NCBI GenBank assembly: GCA_046484055.1 | Contig: JAWOBY010000021.1 | Span: forward strand, 1-54,041 | From: Candidatus Woesearchaeota archaeon | GTDB taxonomy: Archaea; Nanobdellota; Nanobdellia; Woesearchaeales; UBA12501 | DNA length: 54,041 bases | Direction of reading: 5' to 3' | Part shown: positions 37,840 through 47,679 of the stretch, one piece after another | How positions within the stretch are numbered: position 1 is the stretch's first letter | Layout of the letters: the number at the start of each line of letters is the position of its first letter | Notes under the pieces: generated by a model | What the model was told of the DNA's origin: nothing | Databases searched by the model: none | Seen by the model: only the letters and a program-made list of their open reading frames with translations | Translations under genes and position numbers: made by a program

Positions 37840-38910
37840 TCAAACAGAATCCCTTATCCTCTCAAGAGCCCTTTTTATCTCCTCAGCGTCATCCTTCGGC
37901 TCCGGCTCAGGCCCCTCCTTTCCGCCTATCCTTTCCACATCCCTTCCGTCCAGATCAAGCACCTCAGGTTTCTTCCCCTCTTGATTCTGTGAATGTTCCA
38001 TAGGGAATGTCTTGTCCTTGATCCTTGACTGTATGTCATCAAGGTCAGGCTTCTCCTCTAGAGGGGCAGGGAGTATATCAAGGCCGTCATCCTGGGTCCT
38101 GGGGAGGATGTGGATCTCCAGCCTGCCTTCAGGATTGTCCATGCTTGTCCCTGTCTTGAGGATTATGTTGGATCCCTGCGCTCCGAGACCCTCAAAAACT
38201 GCTGTCGCGCACAATGACGCAGCTGACAGAAGGTGGAAAGAAGACTCGCCTCCAAGGTTCTCTATGAGCGACTGCTCTTCCTGGGAATACACAACGAGAT
38301 GACCTATACACTGGGGCTTTTCAGGCAGCGCCACAAGGATCTTCTTGTCCTCATGCACAAGATTGCCGCTTATCCCTTTGAGGTGATCCGCTCTGCTTAT
38401 GTCCGATGGATCCCACTGGACAGCATTCCGCTGGTAATGCTTCTTCATCATCAGGGGTATGTTGTTCTTCATCATCTCCGCTGCCTTCTTGAAATTCTCC
38501 TTATCAACGCTCTTCTCCTCATTGAACGCGAACTTGTCCGCACCGTCGCCGTTCTCCCTCGGAAGTATGTGCAGTATGAAATGAGGGCTCTGCTGGCCTG
38601 CTATTCCGCCGTTGGCGATGAAGACATTGGCTCCTGTGGTCAGCATCGCGCTTTTGACCGCCCCCACAAGCGAGGGGATCATGCTGGCCATGTGCCTGAA
38701 TGTGGGAGGAGGCAGGAGGGGCATGATAGGATAATGCTCTTTCGGCATGAGAAGCACGTGCCCCTTTACCCAAGGGTTTATGTCAAGAGTCGCCTGCAGG
38801 AGATCGTCCTTATAGACTGTCTTTGATTCCATCTCACCGCTGATTATCTTGCAGAATATGCAGTTCGCCTTCTGCGCTTCAAGCTGTGCCTGCATGTCCG
38901 GGTCTGTCAT
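37840..38910 (-). CDS. Tandem HIT-domain protein with degenerate histidine triads
   Basis: CIFCKII, DINP..KGHVL.MPKEH, QQSPHFILHILPR; second domain GHLVV...LEIHILPR. Confidence 0.88.
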   Translation of the reverse strand: MTDPDMQAQLEAQKANCIFCKIISGEMESKTVYKDDLLQATLDINPWVKGHVLLMPKEHYPIMPLLPPPTFRHMASMIPSLVGAVKSAMLTTGANVFIANGGIAGQQSPHFILHILPRENGDGADKFAFNEEKSVDKENFKKAAEMMKNNIPLMMKKHYQRNAVQWDPSDISRADHLKGISGNLVHEDKKILVALPEKPQCIGHLVVYSQEEQSLIENLGGESSFHLLSAASLCATAVFEGLGAQGSNIILKTGTSMDNPEGRLEIHILPRTQDDGLDILPAPLEEKPDLDDIQSRIKDKTFPMEHSQNQEGKKPEVLDLDGRDVERIGGKEGPEPEPKDDAEEIKRALERIRDSV

Positions 38911-39336
38911 GCCCTGAGGCTCTTAAAGGTGATTTAAATATATTTCTATGGGGAGAACATGAAGGATGACCTTATCTGAAATTATCTGCTGGCCTGCTGA
39001 AACACACTATGACAGAACAAAACGGCTGAACCCGCTATGACAAAAATGTCTCAGTTGTTTATCCTGGAGTTTGAGAGTATTTATAAGGATACGAAACCTA
39101 ACAATGCAAGGGATGACATTAATGTCATAAAAAGCCTGATGCCATATTGATACTATACGGGACTATAAAAGACCGGATCATATGTCCAGAGGTATATGAT
39201 AGGATGGGGGAAAAGAGGATCAGATGGAAAAGAGAGTGAATATGAAAAGTTCAAGATGAAAATATGACCGAAAATATTAACTTAAGATGATTTCAAGGTT
39301 CGAGCAGAATGGAAAACAAAGACGAAAGTGATTATC

Positions 39337-40476
39337 ATGGTATGCACCCCTCACGCTTACAGGATTACAGGTATGGCCCTGGGCTACTCGCCGGCTCCTG
39401 CCGGAGGCAAAGGTTATGGCATGAGTCCCGGTTACTCGCAGGCCAGACAGGGATACATGCTTAACACAGGCAGCACACTAACCGCATATGATCCCCTGAA
39501 AGATTCTTACTCAAATGCTGAAAGGCAGCTCCCGGCAGTATCATACAATTCTCTGGCCAGCACTGTCAGTTCAGAACTCCCTTATTCCGGGAGCAGACAG
39601 AAAGCAGGTGATGCAGGCCTTATGCGGCGCATCGGGCAGGATGCAGTCATGGCCCAGGAGAAATATACTGGATCATCAGCAAAGGGCCTTCCTGAGTATG
39701 CAGGGACTGCATTATCAGGTTATTCTCCGGCAGAGTATATCCCTGCTGCTTCCGGAGCGGATGGAAGCATGAAGCGGATCGCTGTACCGCAGCCTGTGGG
39801 TGCAATTGAAGAGACGGATGATGCACAGGAAGCTGAAGGGGCAGATAAGAAGATAAGGCCTGTGAACATACAGATAAGGCTTGAGTCAGGGATTGAATCA
39901 TATATAGTCAGGGGCGGAATGATTGACGCAAGGAACGGCGAGGGGGAAGATGAAAAGGATCAGGAAGAGAACCAGCGGGGGTTTCAGCCAGAGCCTGCAT
40001 GGAACAAGGATTATGCCCTCCCTCCTGAACAGGCAGGCGAGCAAGCATACGTCATGACAGTGCCTTCATCAGATGCGTACAAGAGACAGGTACCAGGAGG
40101 GATTGAACAGGGATCAAAAGTGATTGAAGAGGGATGGAATGGTACAGGGGGTGCCGCCGGCGAGATGGATATGAACAGAGGGGCCATTGATGAAGAGAAG
40201 GACGCTTATGATACTGTCATCATGTATAACAACAATAACAACAAAGACGGCCGTAATGACAAAGACAGCCGGCCAACAACAAGTGCAGTGCAGGGATCGC
40301 AGGGAAGTGAAAAAGCGAGAATGATGAGGGAAGAGCTTGAGGAACTCATAGGCATGGAGACGGGGCATATCGCCTCCGGCAATGATCCCGGCCACCCTTT
40401 AAGCACCCATGATGAGGGGACCATCCCTCCCCGCCAGATAATCCAGAAGCTGGACGGGAGCACAACCCATCACTGA
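39337..40476 (+). CDS. Hypothetical low-complexity, probably disordered protein
   Basis: Long ORF; Y/S/G/A/P-rich N-half and acidic C-half; own TATA at ~39080. Confidence 0.65.
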   Translation: MVCTPHAYRITGMALGYSPAPAGGKGYGMSPGYSQARQGYMLNTGSTLTAYDPLKDSYSNAERQLPAVSYNSLASTVSSELPYSGSRQKAGDAGLMRRIGQDAVMAQEKYTGSSAKGLPEYAGTALSGYSPAEYIPAASGADGSMKRIAVPQPVGAIEETDDAQEAEGADKKIRPVNIQIRLESGIESYIVRGGMIDARNGEGEDEKDQEENQRGFQPEPAWNKDYALPPEQAGEQAYVMTVPSSDAYKRQVPGGIEQGSKVIEEGWNGTGGAAGEMDMNRGAIDEEKDAYDTVIMYNNNNNKDGRNDKDSRPTTSAVQGSQGSEKARMMREELEELIGMETGHIASGNDPGHPLSTHDEGTIPPRQIIQKLDGSTTHH

Positions 40477-40639
40477 ATCGATCAGAAACATCGATGTCTG
40501 CACATGCCAACTGGTGACAAGAAGGATGGAACAAAAAAGGATGGGATAGAGGGAATGAAACAGAAAAGAGACGGAAGAAAGTATGCAAGAGAAGAGGATG
40601 AAAACGGCGGAAGCAATCGAATGACAGGAGGCCGGTATC

Positions 40640-42166
40640 ATGTGCGACACAAAGGATGCAGAGAGATATGAAGAGCTTGCAAGGATGCAGGAGAAAGAGG
40701 GCGAGAATGAGAAGGCCAGCAGGAATCATCTTGAGGCGGCAAGCATACACCTGCTTGAGGCGGAGCACCACAATGACGGCGGCCATCTCAAAGAAGCGAA
40801 CAGGTGCTACAGGAATTCAAGAAAGGCAGCAGGAGAGGATTTCCGGCGCGAGCTCACCATGCAGGAGCTGGCGAAAAGGACCATAACGGAATCAGGCGGG
40901 AAGAGCAGAGATAAGACTGATAACATGGACCATAGCCGGGCTCATAGATGCCATAATCATAAGGAAGAACACAATCATAAGGATGATAATACACCGGAGG
41001 ATGATAAGATGTGCGGCAAAGAGAACATAATGGCGCAGATAGAGCTCGCCAAGAAGCAGGAGAAGGAAAGCCCGGCAAAGGCAGCGCAGAACTATTTTGA
41101 GGCTGCTGACAAGCTGCTCAAGGAATCCTACAGGAACCCGTCAAGGGAGGAGGAGTTCATAGAGGTCGCTAACGATATCTATCTCAAGGCCAAGAAGCTC
41201 AAGACAAAGGTCTCTGAGGAGCCTGCAAACAATTACAGCCAGCCCGGTCTGCTGCCTGCGGGAAGCGACAAGGTATCATTCAGGGACATAGGGGGGCTTG
41301 ATGATCTCAAGGAGGAGATAAGCTTCAAGATAATCAAGCCGCTCACCAATCCCGGGCTGTTCAGTTATTACGGCAAGAGTATAGGGGGCGGCATCCTCAT
41401 GTACGGTCCGCCCGGCTGCGGCAAGAGCCTGATAGCCAAAGCCACCGCTAATGAGGCCAATGCTGCATTCATACACGTCAAGAGCTCTGACCTCAAGAGC
41501 AAGTTTGTGGGGGAGACTGAGAAGAACATAGCCGAGCTGTTTGAGAAGGCGAGATCATCACAACCCTCCATAATATTCTTTGACGAGTTCGAGGCATTGG
41601 GAGGTGACAGGTCAGACAGCAGCTCTTACGAGAAGAGCTCAGTGGCCCAGCTGCTCACAGAGATGGATGGGATAGATTCAGAAGGCCAGCAGATACTGCT
41701 CCTTGCCGCGACCAACGAGCCATGGTCCATAGACCCTGCCCTGAGGAGAGAGGGAAGGTTCGGGAGGACTCTTTTCATACCCCAGCCTGACGCAAAAGCG
41801 AGGGAGGACATATTCAGGGCATCCCTCAAGGGAAGACCTGCGCAGAAGCTCGATTACAGGAAGCTTTCAGGCATGTCAGGAGGTCTTTCAGGGGCTGACA
41901 TAAAATCCGCATGCGAGATCGCGACAGATATACCTCTGAAGGAGGCCATGAGAAAGAACGCAGAAAGAGGAAGAAGGATAACGATGGATGACATAACCGA
42001 GGGGATAAGAAGGACAGAGTCTGTTCTCCAGCAGTGGTACAAGAAAGCGCACCAGCAGCTGAAGGAGAAGAGGCTGGAGGACTCCTTCGGAGAGCTGGTA
42101 AAGGCGGCAGGAGGCATGGAAAGCGGAATGAGAACAGCGGATGCAGGGCAGGAGATAGAAGCATGA
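40640..42166 (+). CDS. Single-ring AAA+ ATPase (Cdc48/Vps4-clade-like) with duplicated N-terminal helical domains
   Basis: FRDIGGL, GPPGCGKS, SKFVGE, IIFFDE, AATN.PW.ID.ALRREGRF. Confidence 0.9.
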   Translation: MCDTKDAERYEELARMQEKEGENEKASRNHLEAASIHLLEAEHHNDGGHLKEANRCYRNSRKAAGEDFRRELTMQELAKRTITESGGKSRDKTDNMDHSRAHRCHNHKEEHNHKDDNTPEDDKMCGKENIMAQIELAKKQEKESPAKAAQNYFEAADKLLKESYRNPSREEEFIEVANDIYLKAKKLKTKVSEEPANNYSQPGLLPAGSDKVSFRDIGGLDDLKEEISFKIIKPLTNPGLFSYYGKSIGGGILMYGPPGCGKSLIAKATANEANAAFIHVKSSDLKSKFVGETEKNIAELFEKARSSQPSIIFFDEFEALGGDRSDSSSYEKSSVAQLLTEMDGIDSEGQQILLLAATNEPWSIDPALRREGRFGRTLFIPQPDAKAREDIFRASLKGRPAQKLDYRKLSGMSGGLSGADIKSACEIATDIPLKEAMRKNAERGRRITMDDITEGIRRTESVLQQWYKKAHQQLKEKRLEDSFGELVKAAGGMESGMRTADAGQEIEA

Positions 42167-42231
42167 CAACAGGAGGGAGTCATGGTCTCAGCAACACCCC
42201 CACCACCGGATTGTATGCATGGATTATATGC

Positions 42232-42897
42232 TCAGACGATGACCTTCACATCATCACCATCCTTTATGCGCAGTTTTTTCCTGAGATGATCAGGGGCGAT
42301 GACCTCCACAATATCATCACCATGCACTGTCCTGAAAGGAAGGACCACAGCGCCCGCCGCGCTCCTGCCTTTCGCCTCTATCTTCGCCTTTGAGCACTTC
42401 AGCGGTCCGAAGCTCTTCTTCTTTGTGGAGAACCCCTCTATCATCACAAAGTAGGGTATGCTTCTCACTTTTCTTCCTGTTGAAGGAGAGACCTTGAGAT
42501 TGAGTGTTCCGGCATAAGGTATGAAACCGAGTTTTGAGCTGAACTGTCTCCTGTATCCCTTAAGCCCCACAAAATAACCTCCCTTTCCCAGTCCGCCGGC
42601 GAGCTTTCCTGTGAATCGGGTCTTCCTTACAGAGAATACGCTGCTAAGCTCCTCATGCTTCTTCCTCAGGAGCTCCTGGCCTCTGTTTGTTATCCTTACA
42701 ACCTGGCCGTCAGAATATACCTTCCTTTCTACAAGGCCTTTTTCATCCATCTCCTTGAGAAGCCTTGATGCTGACTGCTGGCTCAGGCCGAGCATTGACG
42801 AGAGCTTCGGCGTGGAAAGCTTGACCCTGTCGAAACGGCCCTGTCTCGCGATCTCTATGAGTATGTCAAGATGCTTTGTGCTGTTTATGCCCCCCAT
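42232..42897 (-). CDS. ribK: CTP-dependent riboflavin kinase with N-terminal wHTH (RbkR-type)
   Basis: LGLSQQSASR HTH; GLGKGGYF, LGFIPYAGTLN, RTVH, EVIAP..LR..L. Confidence 0.9.
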   Translation of the reverse strand: MGGINSTKHLDILIEIARQGRFDRVKLSTPKLSSMLGLSQQSASRLLKEMDEKGLVERKVYSDGQVVRITNRGQELLRKKHEELSSVFSVRKTRFTGKLAGGLGKGGYFVGLKGYRRQFSSKLGFIPYAGTLNLKVSPSTGRKVRSIPYFVMIEGFSTKKKSFGPLKCSKAKIEAKGRSAAGAVVLPFRTVHGDDIVEVIAPDHLRKKLRIKDGDDVKVIV

Positions 42898-42961
42898 AGC
42901 TACCTGTAAATGAGTAGGTATTAAAAAGATTGCGGAAATACTGCTGCCTGCGGGCACAGGC

Positions 42962-44026
42962 TCATTTCCTTATTACATCCATCATTCCCTCAATGCCTTC
43001 AGACACCCCATGATTGTAATGCCTGTCATGCACATGCCTCACTGCCGCGATTATGCCCGGCTGGTAGAGGCCTCTGCCATTGACTCTTGTCTCAAATCCT
43101 GCATTTGTCCCCCTCTTCTCATGCGCATTGAAGTAGAAATTGACAGCTGCCGCCTCTGAACCGCCGTCCATCATTGTGAGGTATGCGTTCGCTATCTGCG
43201 CCCCTTTTGTGTCAGCATCTGACGGATGAGGTGCAGTACTCCTGACTCCCAGCTCAACATCATACTTGTTCATCACATTCCAGAAAGGCCTTGCGTCATC
43301 ATTGTCCCTGCATTTTATCCTGCAGTCAAAGCCCTCAAAAGGATTCCTGAAATTCTTAGCAGCGTATTCCAGCACTGCGGCCCAGAGCAGGAGCGGGCCC
43401 CCTGTATAGATATCGCTGTGCATGTTCACCTTATGGTATCCATGGCCTTCAGGCTCAAGCCTCTCAGGCAGTATCTCCTCAAGATCAGCGCCAAGGTCCC
43501 TCAGGGCAGTTATCCACTTGCCCCTTGTCCCGCTCGGGTCTGCCTTGTAGAGCTGGTGGCTTTCCGCGAACCATCCTTTGAAGCCCTCAAGCGCGCCGGG
43601 AGATCTCTTCAGAGACCTCTCATCCGAAAGGCTGCTCAGGGCATTGCCCAGCACTATGAGAGGGACAGCCATGTTCACATCATAGACACCGCATCCTGCA
43701 AGCTCTTCCTTATTGACTTTTGTTGTTCCGCTGACCCAGGGTATGCCATATTCCGCAAAAAGAGGGGTGTTGTTCGTACCCGGCTCTGCGAATTCCATGG
43801 CCACAAGATTATCTGTGCCGGAGATATCTTTCAATGCATCCCTGAAATCTTTCGGCTTTACGAGATCGACAACTCCATTGCCTGAATCCCATTTGCCCCC
43901 CTCAACATCATCTCCTGTAAAGGCGATGTCTGCCAGTTCAATATCATCCCTTCCCTTTATTGCTGCTGCAAAAGCATCCCCCATGCTGCCTGTTCCTGAG
44001 ATCAGTACTTTTATTGGTTCATTCAT
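42962..44026 (-). CDS. dapB: Divergent 4-hydroxy-tetrahydrodipicolinate reductase with internal insertion
   Basis: Rossmann ISGTGSMG, VSGTT, NMA, ESHQLYKADPSGT, VNGRGLY..G; adjacent to dapL and lysA. Confidence 0.75.
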   Translation of the reverse strand: MNEPIKVLISGTGSMGDAFAAAIKGRDDIELADIAFTGDDVEGGKWDSGNGVVDLVKPKDFRDALKDISGTDNLVAMEFAEPGTNNTPLFAEYGIPWVSGTTKVNKEELAGCGVYDVNMAVPLIVLGNALSSLSDERSLKRSPGALEGFKGWFAESHQLYKADPSGTRGKWITALRDLGADLEEILPERLEPEGHGYHKVNMHSDIYTGGPLLLWAAVLEYAAKNFRNPFEGFDCRIKCRDNDDARPFWNVMNKYDVELGVRSTAPHPSDADTKGAQIANAYLTMMDGGSEAAAVNFYFNAHEKRGTNAGFETRVNGRGLYQPGIIAAVRHVHDRHYNHGVSEGIEGMMDVIRK

Positions 44027-44039
44027 TTTCTTTCCCCCC

Positions 44040-45317
44040 CTAAAACCTCAAATTGACTTCTTTCATCCTCGACACCATCTCATCTATTGTCTGCTTCTCT
44101 GCCTCCATCTTCTCTTTTTCAGTCATCCCCTCGGTGCTGCCCTGTAGTGTGGGGAATGTCGCTGAGAATCTCAGGTGAGGCTGGTCCGGGATGTCATCCC
44201 ATGGCACTGTGGAGATGAGGCATTCCTTTATGAGGTACTGAGATGCGTCCTCTGCTGACCCGAATTCATTGTCCCCTGCTCCTTTAGGGGAAGGGACGTA
44301 AAGGAAAAATGTTCCGTCAGGCATCCTGGCATCAAAGCCGACATCCCCCAGCCCTTCAACCATCATCTCAAGCCTTCTTTGGTATTCATCTGCTGTATCC
44401 CGCGGGATATAAAAATTCTCAAATGCGGCATATGCGACTGCCTTCTGTATGGCCTTGAACTGGCCTGAATCAAAGTTGTCCTTAACTCCCCCCAAAACTT
44501 TTATCACATCCTCATTGCCTGCTGCAAAAGCCAGCCTCCATCCTGTCATGTTATATCCCTTGGAGACCGAATGCAGCTCAATGCCCACATCCTTCGCTCC
44601 GGGAACAGACAGGAAGCTTTCAGGATGGCTGCCATAAGTCAGCAGGGAGTAAGCACCGTCCTGAACAACAATGAAATTATGATCTTTCGCCTTGCTGACA
44701 AGATTTTCGTAAAAATCCTCTGTGGCCTGCGCTCCTGTGGGATTGTTGGGGTAATTGACATAGAAAAGCTTGGCCCTGTCAAGCACATCATCAGGTATGG
44801 AGTCAAGGTCAGGCATGAAATTGTTCTCCTTCCTTAGCTCCGCCTTGTAAACCTCTCCCCCCAGCCATCCGGCCAGCGTGCCCATCACAGGATAGCCCGG
44901 CACTGTCGTTATCACTGTGTCCCCAGGATTAACAAACCCCATGGGAAGGAATGCGAGAGCATTCTTCGCGCCCACTGTGTGCAGCACCTCACTGTTATTG
45001 TCGATTCTAACACCGAAATGAGCGACCATGTATCTTGAGGCAGCGTCCTTGAACTCCTGTATTCCGTTGTCAGAGTAGCCCCTGTTCTCCCACTTTATTG
45101 CTTCTGCATGCAAAGAATCTATGACTGTCTCGTCAGCCATCATGTGCGGCTCTCCAACACCCATGTCTATCAGAGGGACGCCCGGATTATTCTTTACGGC
45201 CTCCCCTTTCGCTTCCTTGATCTTCCCGAACTTGTACAATGTCCCCCCTTCAAAAAAACCTTCTCCCCCCAGCCTGTCCGCGACCAGACTGCTTATGTGT
45301 CCGTATTTTTCTGCCAT
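44040..45317 (-). CDS. dapL: LL-diaminopimelate aminotransferase (PLP class I)
   Basis: DMGVGEP, NYPNNPTG, DGAY, HSVSKGYNMTGWR, DNFDSGQF; DAP operon context. Confidence 0.88.
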   Translation of the reverse strand: MAEKYGHISSLVADRLGGEGFFEGGTLYKFGKIKEAKGEAVKNNPGVPLIDMGVGEPHMMADETVIDSLHAEAIKWENRGYSDNGIQEFKDAASRYMVAHFGVRIDNNSEVLHTVGAKNALAFLPMGFVNPGDTVITTVPGYPVMGTLAGWLGGEVYKAELRKENNFMPDLDSIPDDVLDRAKLFYVNYPNNPTGAQATEDFYENLVSKAKDHNFIVVQDGAYSLLTYGSHPESFLSVPGAKDVGIELHSVSKGYNMTGWRLAFAAGNEDVIKVLGGVKDNFDSGQFKAIQKAVAYAAFENFYIPRDTADEYQRRLEMMVEGLGDVGFDARMPDGTFFLYVPSPKGAGDNEFGSAEDASQYLIKECLISTVPWDDIPDQPHLRFSATFPTLQGSTEGMTEKEKMEAEKQTIDEMVSRMKEVNLRF

Positions 45318-45386
45318 TTTTCAATACCCCCTATTCATAATTCTTACATTCATTTGATTAATAGTCTGCTATTACAATAACTGTGT

Positions 45387-46676
45387 CTATGACAGATAAT
45401 CAGGGAGTTTCTCCCCTCTGACCAGGCCCTCTTCTTTCTCCCTCTCCTTTATCAGATGCACCCCTCCTTCCATGTCAATCAGTATCTCCGGCATCTTCAG
45501 CTGCGAGCAGTAATTGGAGCTCATTGTTTCGCCGTAAGCACCTGTATTGCCCAGCACAACAAGATCACCTGCATTGAGGGCGGGGAGTCTCCTCGGCTCC
45601 AATGTGCCGTCATCCTTCTGCGTGAAAACATCCCCTGATTCACAATTAGGCCCTGCGACAACAACATCCTCCTGTAAGAATGAAATCTGGTGTCTGCATA
45701 CATTGATCGGATGGTAAGAACCATACAGGGCGGGCCTTATGAGATGATTGAATCCGGAATCGCAGAGCGCGAACCTGTAATCAGGTGTCTCGTTTATGGC
45801 CTCAACCCTCGTGATGATGGAGCCTGACTCTGCGACAATATACCTCCCGGGCTCGATAACCATCTCCAGCGGAGAGCCGTATTCATCGCAGAACCTCTCA
45901 AACCTCTCGTCCAGCCTCTTCCCGAACTCGGCGATATCAAGCCTTTCGTCATCAGGCCTGTATGGCACAGGAAGCCCTCCTCCGAAGTCCACGAAATTAA
46001 GGCTCTTAAACTGCTTTGCGCAGTCCATTGTGCTTTCTATTATCCTGAGCCATTCGCCTATATCAACTCCTGTGCCGATGTGGGAATGCACACCTATTAT
46101 GTCAAGGGCGTAGGTTTCTGCAATATCCTTTATTTCCGGAATCCTTGTGTACCATATGCCGTGCTTACTGGCGAGCCCTCCTGTGCTGCACTTTCTGTGA
46201 TGGCCGTGGCCCTCCCCTGGGTTTATCCTGACGCTGACCTCATTGATAGCATTGAGAGACGGGCGGTGAGAATAGTGCTTCCATAAATCCCTTACGGCCT
46301 CCCCATAATTCCTGAGCATCTGGAGCGATCCGCAGTTAACAAGTATCTCATTCTCAATGCACCATTCCAGTTCATCCCTGTCCGCGCAGTCCTTGTTTAG
46401 CATGATATCGCCCGGATCAAAGCCTGCATTGAGCGCTCTCCATGCTTCTCCTTTTGAGATCACCTCTGCTTTCAGCCCCTCATCCCTGATTATGGAACAT
46501 ACCGCTCCGAGAGTGTTAGCCTTAGGCGCATACATTATTTTTCCGTTAATATTTTCCTTGAGCTCCCTGCACCTCTCCCTTATAATCCTTTCAGAATTAA
46601 CTGACACAGGAGTGCCATACCTGTCCGCGATCTCCCTTATGCTCACACCATCGATATGGGTTAAATATCCCTCCAT
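45387..46676 (-). CDS. lysA: Diaminopimelate decarboxylase
   Basis: YAPKAN, RINP, SKHG, HSHIG, DFGGG, EPGR, RPALY, CESGD, GAYG.TMSSNY. Confidence 0.93.
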   Translation of the reverse strand: MEGYLTHIDGVSIREIADRYGTPVSVNSERIIRERCRELKENINGKIMYAPKANTLGAVCSIIRDEGLKAEVISKGEAWRALNAGFDPGDIMLNKDCADRDELEWCIENEILVNCGSLQMLRNYGEAVRDLWKHYSHRPSLNAINEVSVRINPGEGHGHHRKCSTGGLASKHGIWYTRIPEIKDIAETYALDIIGVHSHIGTGVDIGEWLRIIESTMDCAKQFKSLNFVDFGGGLPVPYRPDDERLDIAEFGKRLDERFERFCDEYGSPLEMVIEPGRYIVAESGSIITRVEAINETPDYRFALCDSGFNHLIRPALYGSYHPINVCRHQISFLQEDVVVAGPNCESGDVFTQKDDGTLEPRRLPALNAGDLVVLGNTGAYGETMSSNYCSQLKMPEILIDMEGGVHLIKEREKEEGLVRGEKLPDYLS

Positions 46677-46815
46677 GAAACCCCTCCTGAAGGCATACCC
46701 CCATAAATCATATATAAATCTTTTGTTACTCTGGAATGGAAAAATATGGGGGTGTAAGAATAATAACAGGCTGAGGAGACTGCATCAGTTTATCTTTGTT
46801 TTCACATCTTGATTG

Positions 46816-47466
46816 TCACATCCTCTCCATCGCATTGTAGGCCTTCATCGCGTCCCTCCTGCTGACAAGGAAACTCAGCTCCTTGAATGTTGAGACTATC
46901 TCCAGTATGTTCACCCCGCTCCATGCGAGCTTTCTCGTCACTGCTGACAGCACGCCGTGCTGGCTGAAGTACTCCTTTGAGAAGTTCAGGCTTATCATCA
47001 CGCAGTTCTTCTCTGTACGGATTATCTTCTCGCCTGAAAGTGATTCCTTTATCCTTCCGAGCATTTTCTCATCCACTATCAATGATATCTCGTAATTGCC
47101 CTGCACTATATTAAATGTCTCGCCTTTCTCGGCATCAACCATTGAATATATTTTCTTCAGCTTGCTGTGCAGAGAAGGCGATCTTACAATGCCTATGTCG
47201 CAGAGACTTGTCTTCATGATGATCTCCTGCTTCTGACTGATATTCTTTTTTCTGCTGAACTTATCGATGCGTTCTCCGTATCTCCTTACTGCCATCACAA
47301 CAGCGCTGTGCTTCACCTCCTTCCCGAGCTCTTTCTCTATCTCAGGCTTCAGCTTCTCTGCAAGAGCGCCGAAGCTGACTATGCCCTCAATCATCGCTTC
47401 CTGCATGAGAGGCCTTGATCCTATGATGTGTTCAGCCACATGCGCTATTGTCGGCATAATACTCAC
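46816..47466 (-). CDS. HTH plus ACT-domain protein (aspartokinase-regulatory-like, no kinase domain)
   Basis: EGIVSFGALAEKL...AVVMAVRRY helical domain; C-terminal ACT GVLSAVTRKLAWSGVNILEIVSTFKELSFLV. Confidence 0.78.
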   Translation of the reverse strand: MSIMPTIAHVAEHIIGSRPLMQEAMIEGIVSFGALAEKLKPEIEKELGKEVKHSAVVMAVRRYGERIDKFSRKKNISQKQEIIMKTSLCDIGIVRSPSLHSKLKKIYSMVDAEKGETFNIVQGNYEISLIVDEKMLGRIKESLSGEKIIRTEKNCVMISLNFSKEYFSQHGVLSAVTRKLAWSGVNILEIVSTFKELSFLVSRRDAMKAYNAMERM

Positions 47467-47679
47467 CCAAATCAGTTGTATTAATCACTTCAGCCATCAT
47501 TTGGCCCCTGTTTTGTATTCGTATATTTTCGTCACTGAAAACAGGCGAAAAAACCTTATTTCACATATTGTTATAATAATAACATAAAGTTAATATAGTA
47601 TTATATAAATATTGCTATTAAAAGGCGCAAATGCTGATACAAACGCCACTACAAAAATACAGATAAGGGGGTAATAAGA

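Noticed and set aside
40640-42166. Naming the AAA ATPase Vps4/CdvC
   Set aside because: The arginine-finger region reads RREGRF (Cdc48/PAN-like) and no ESCRT-III neighbour is visible
46816-47466. Aspartokinase (lysC) call
   Set aside because: No amino-acid kinase domain (no KFGG motif) and too short
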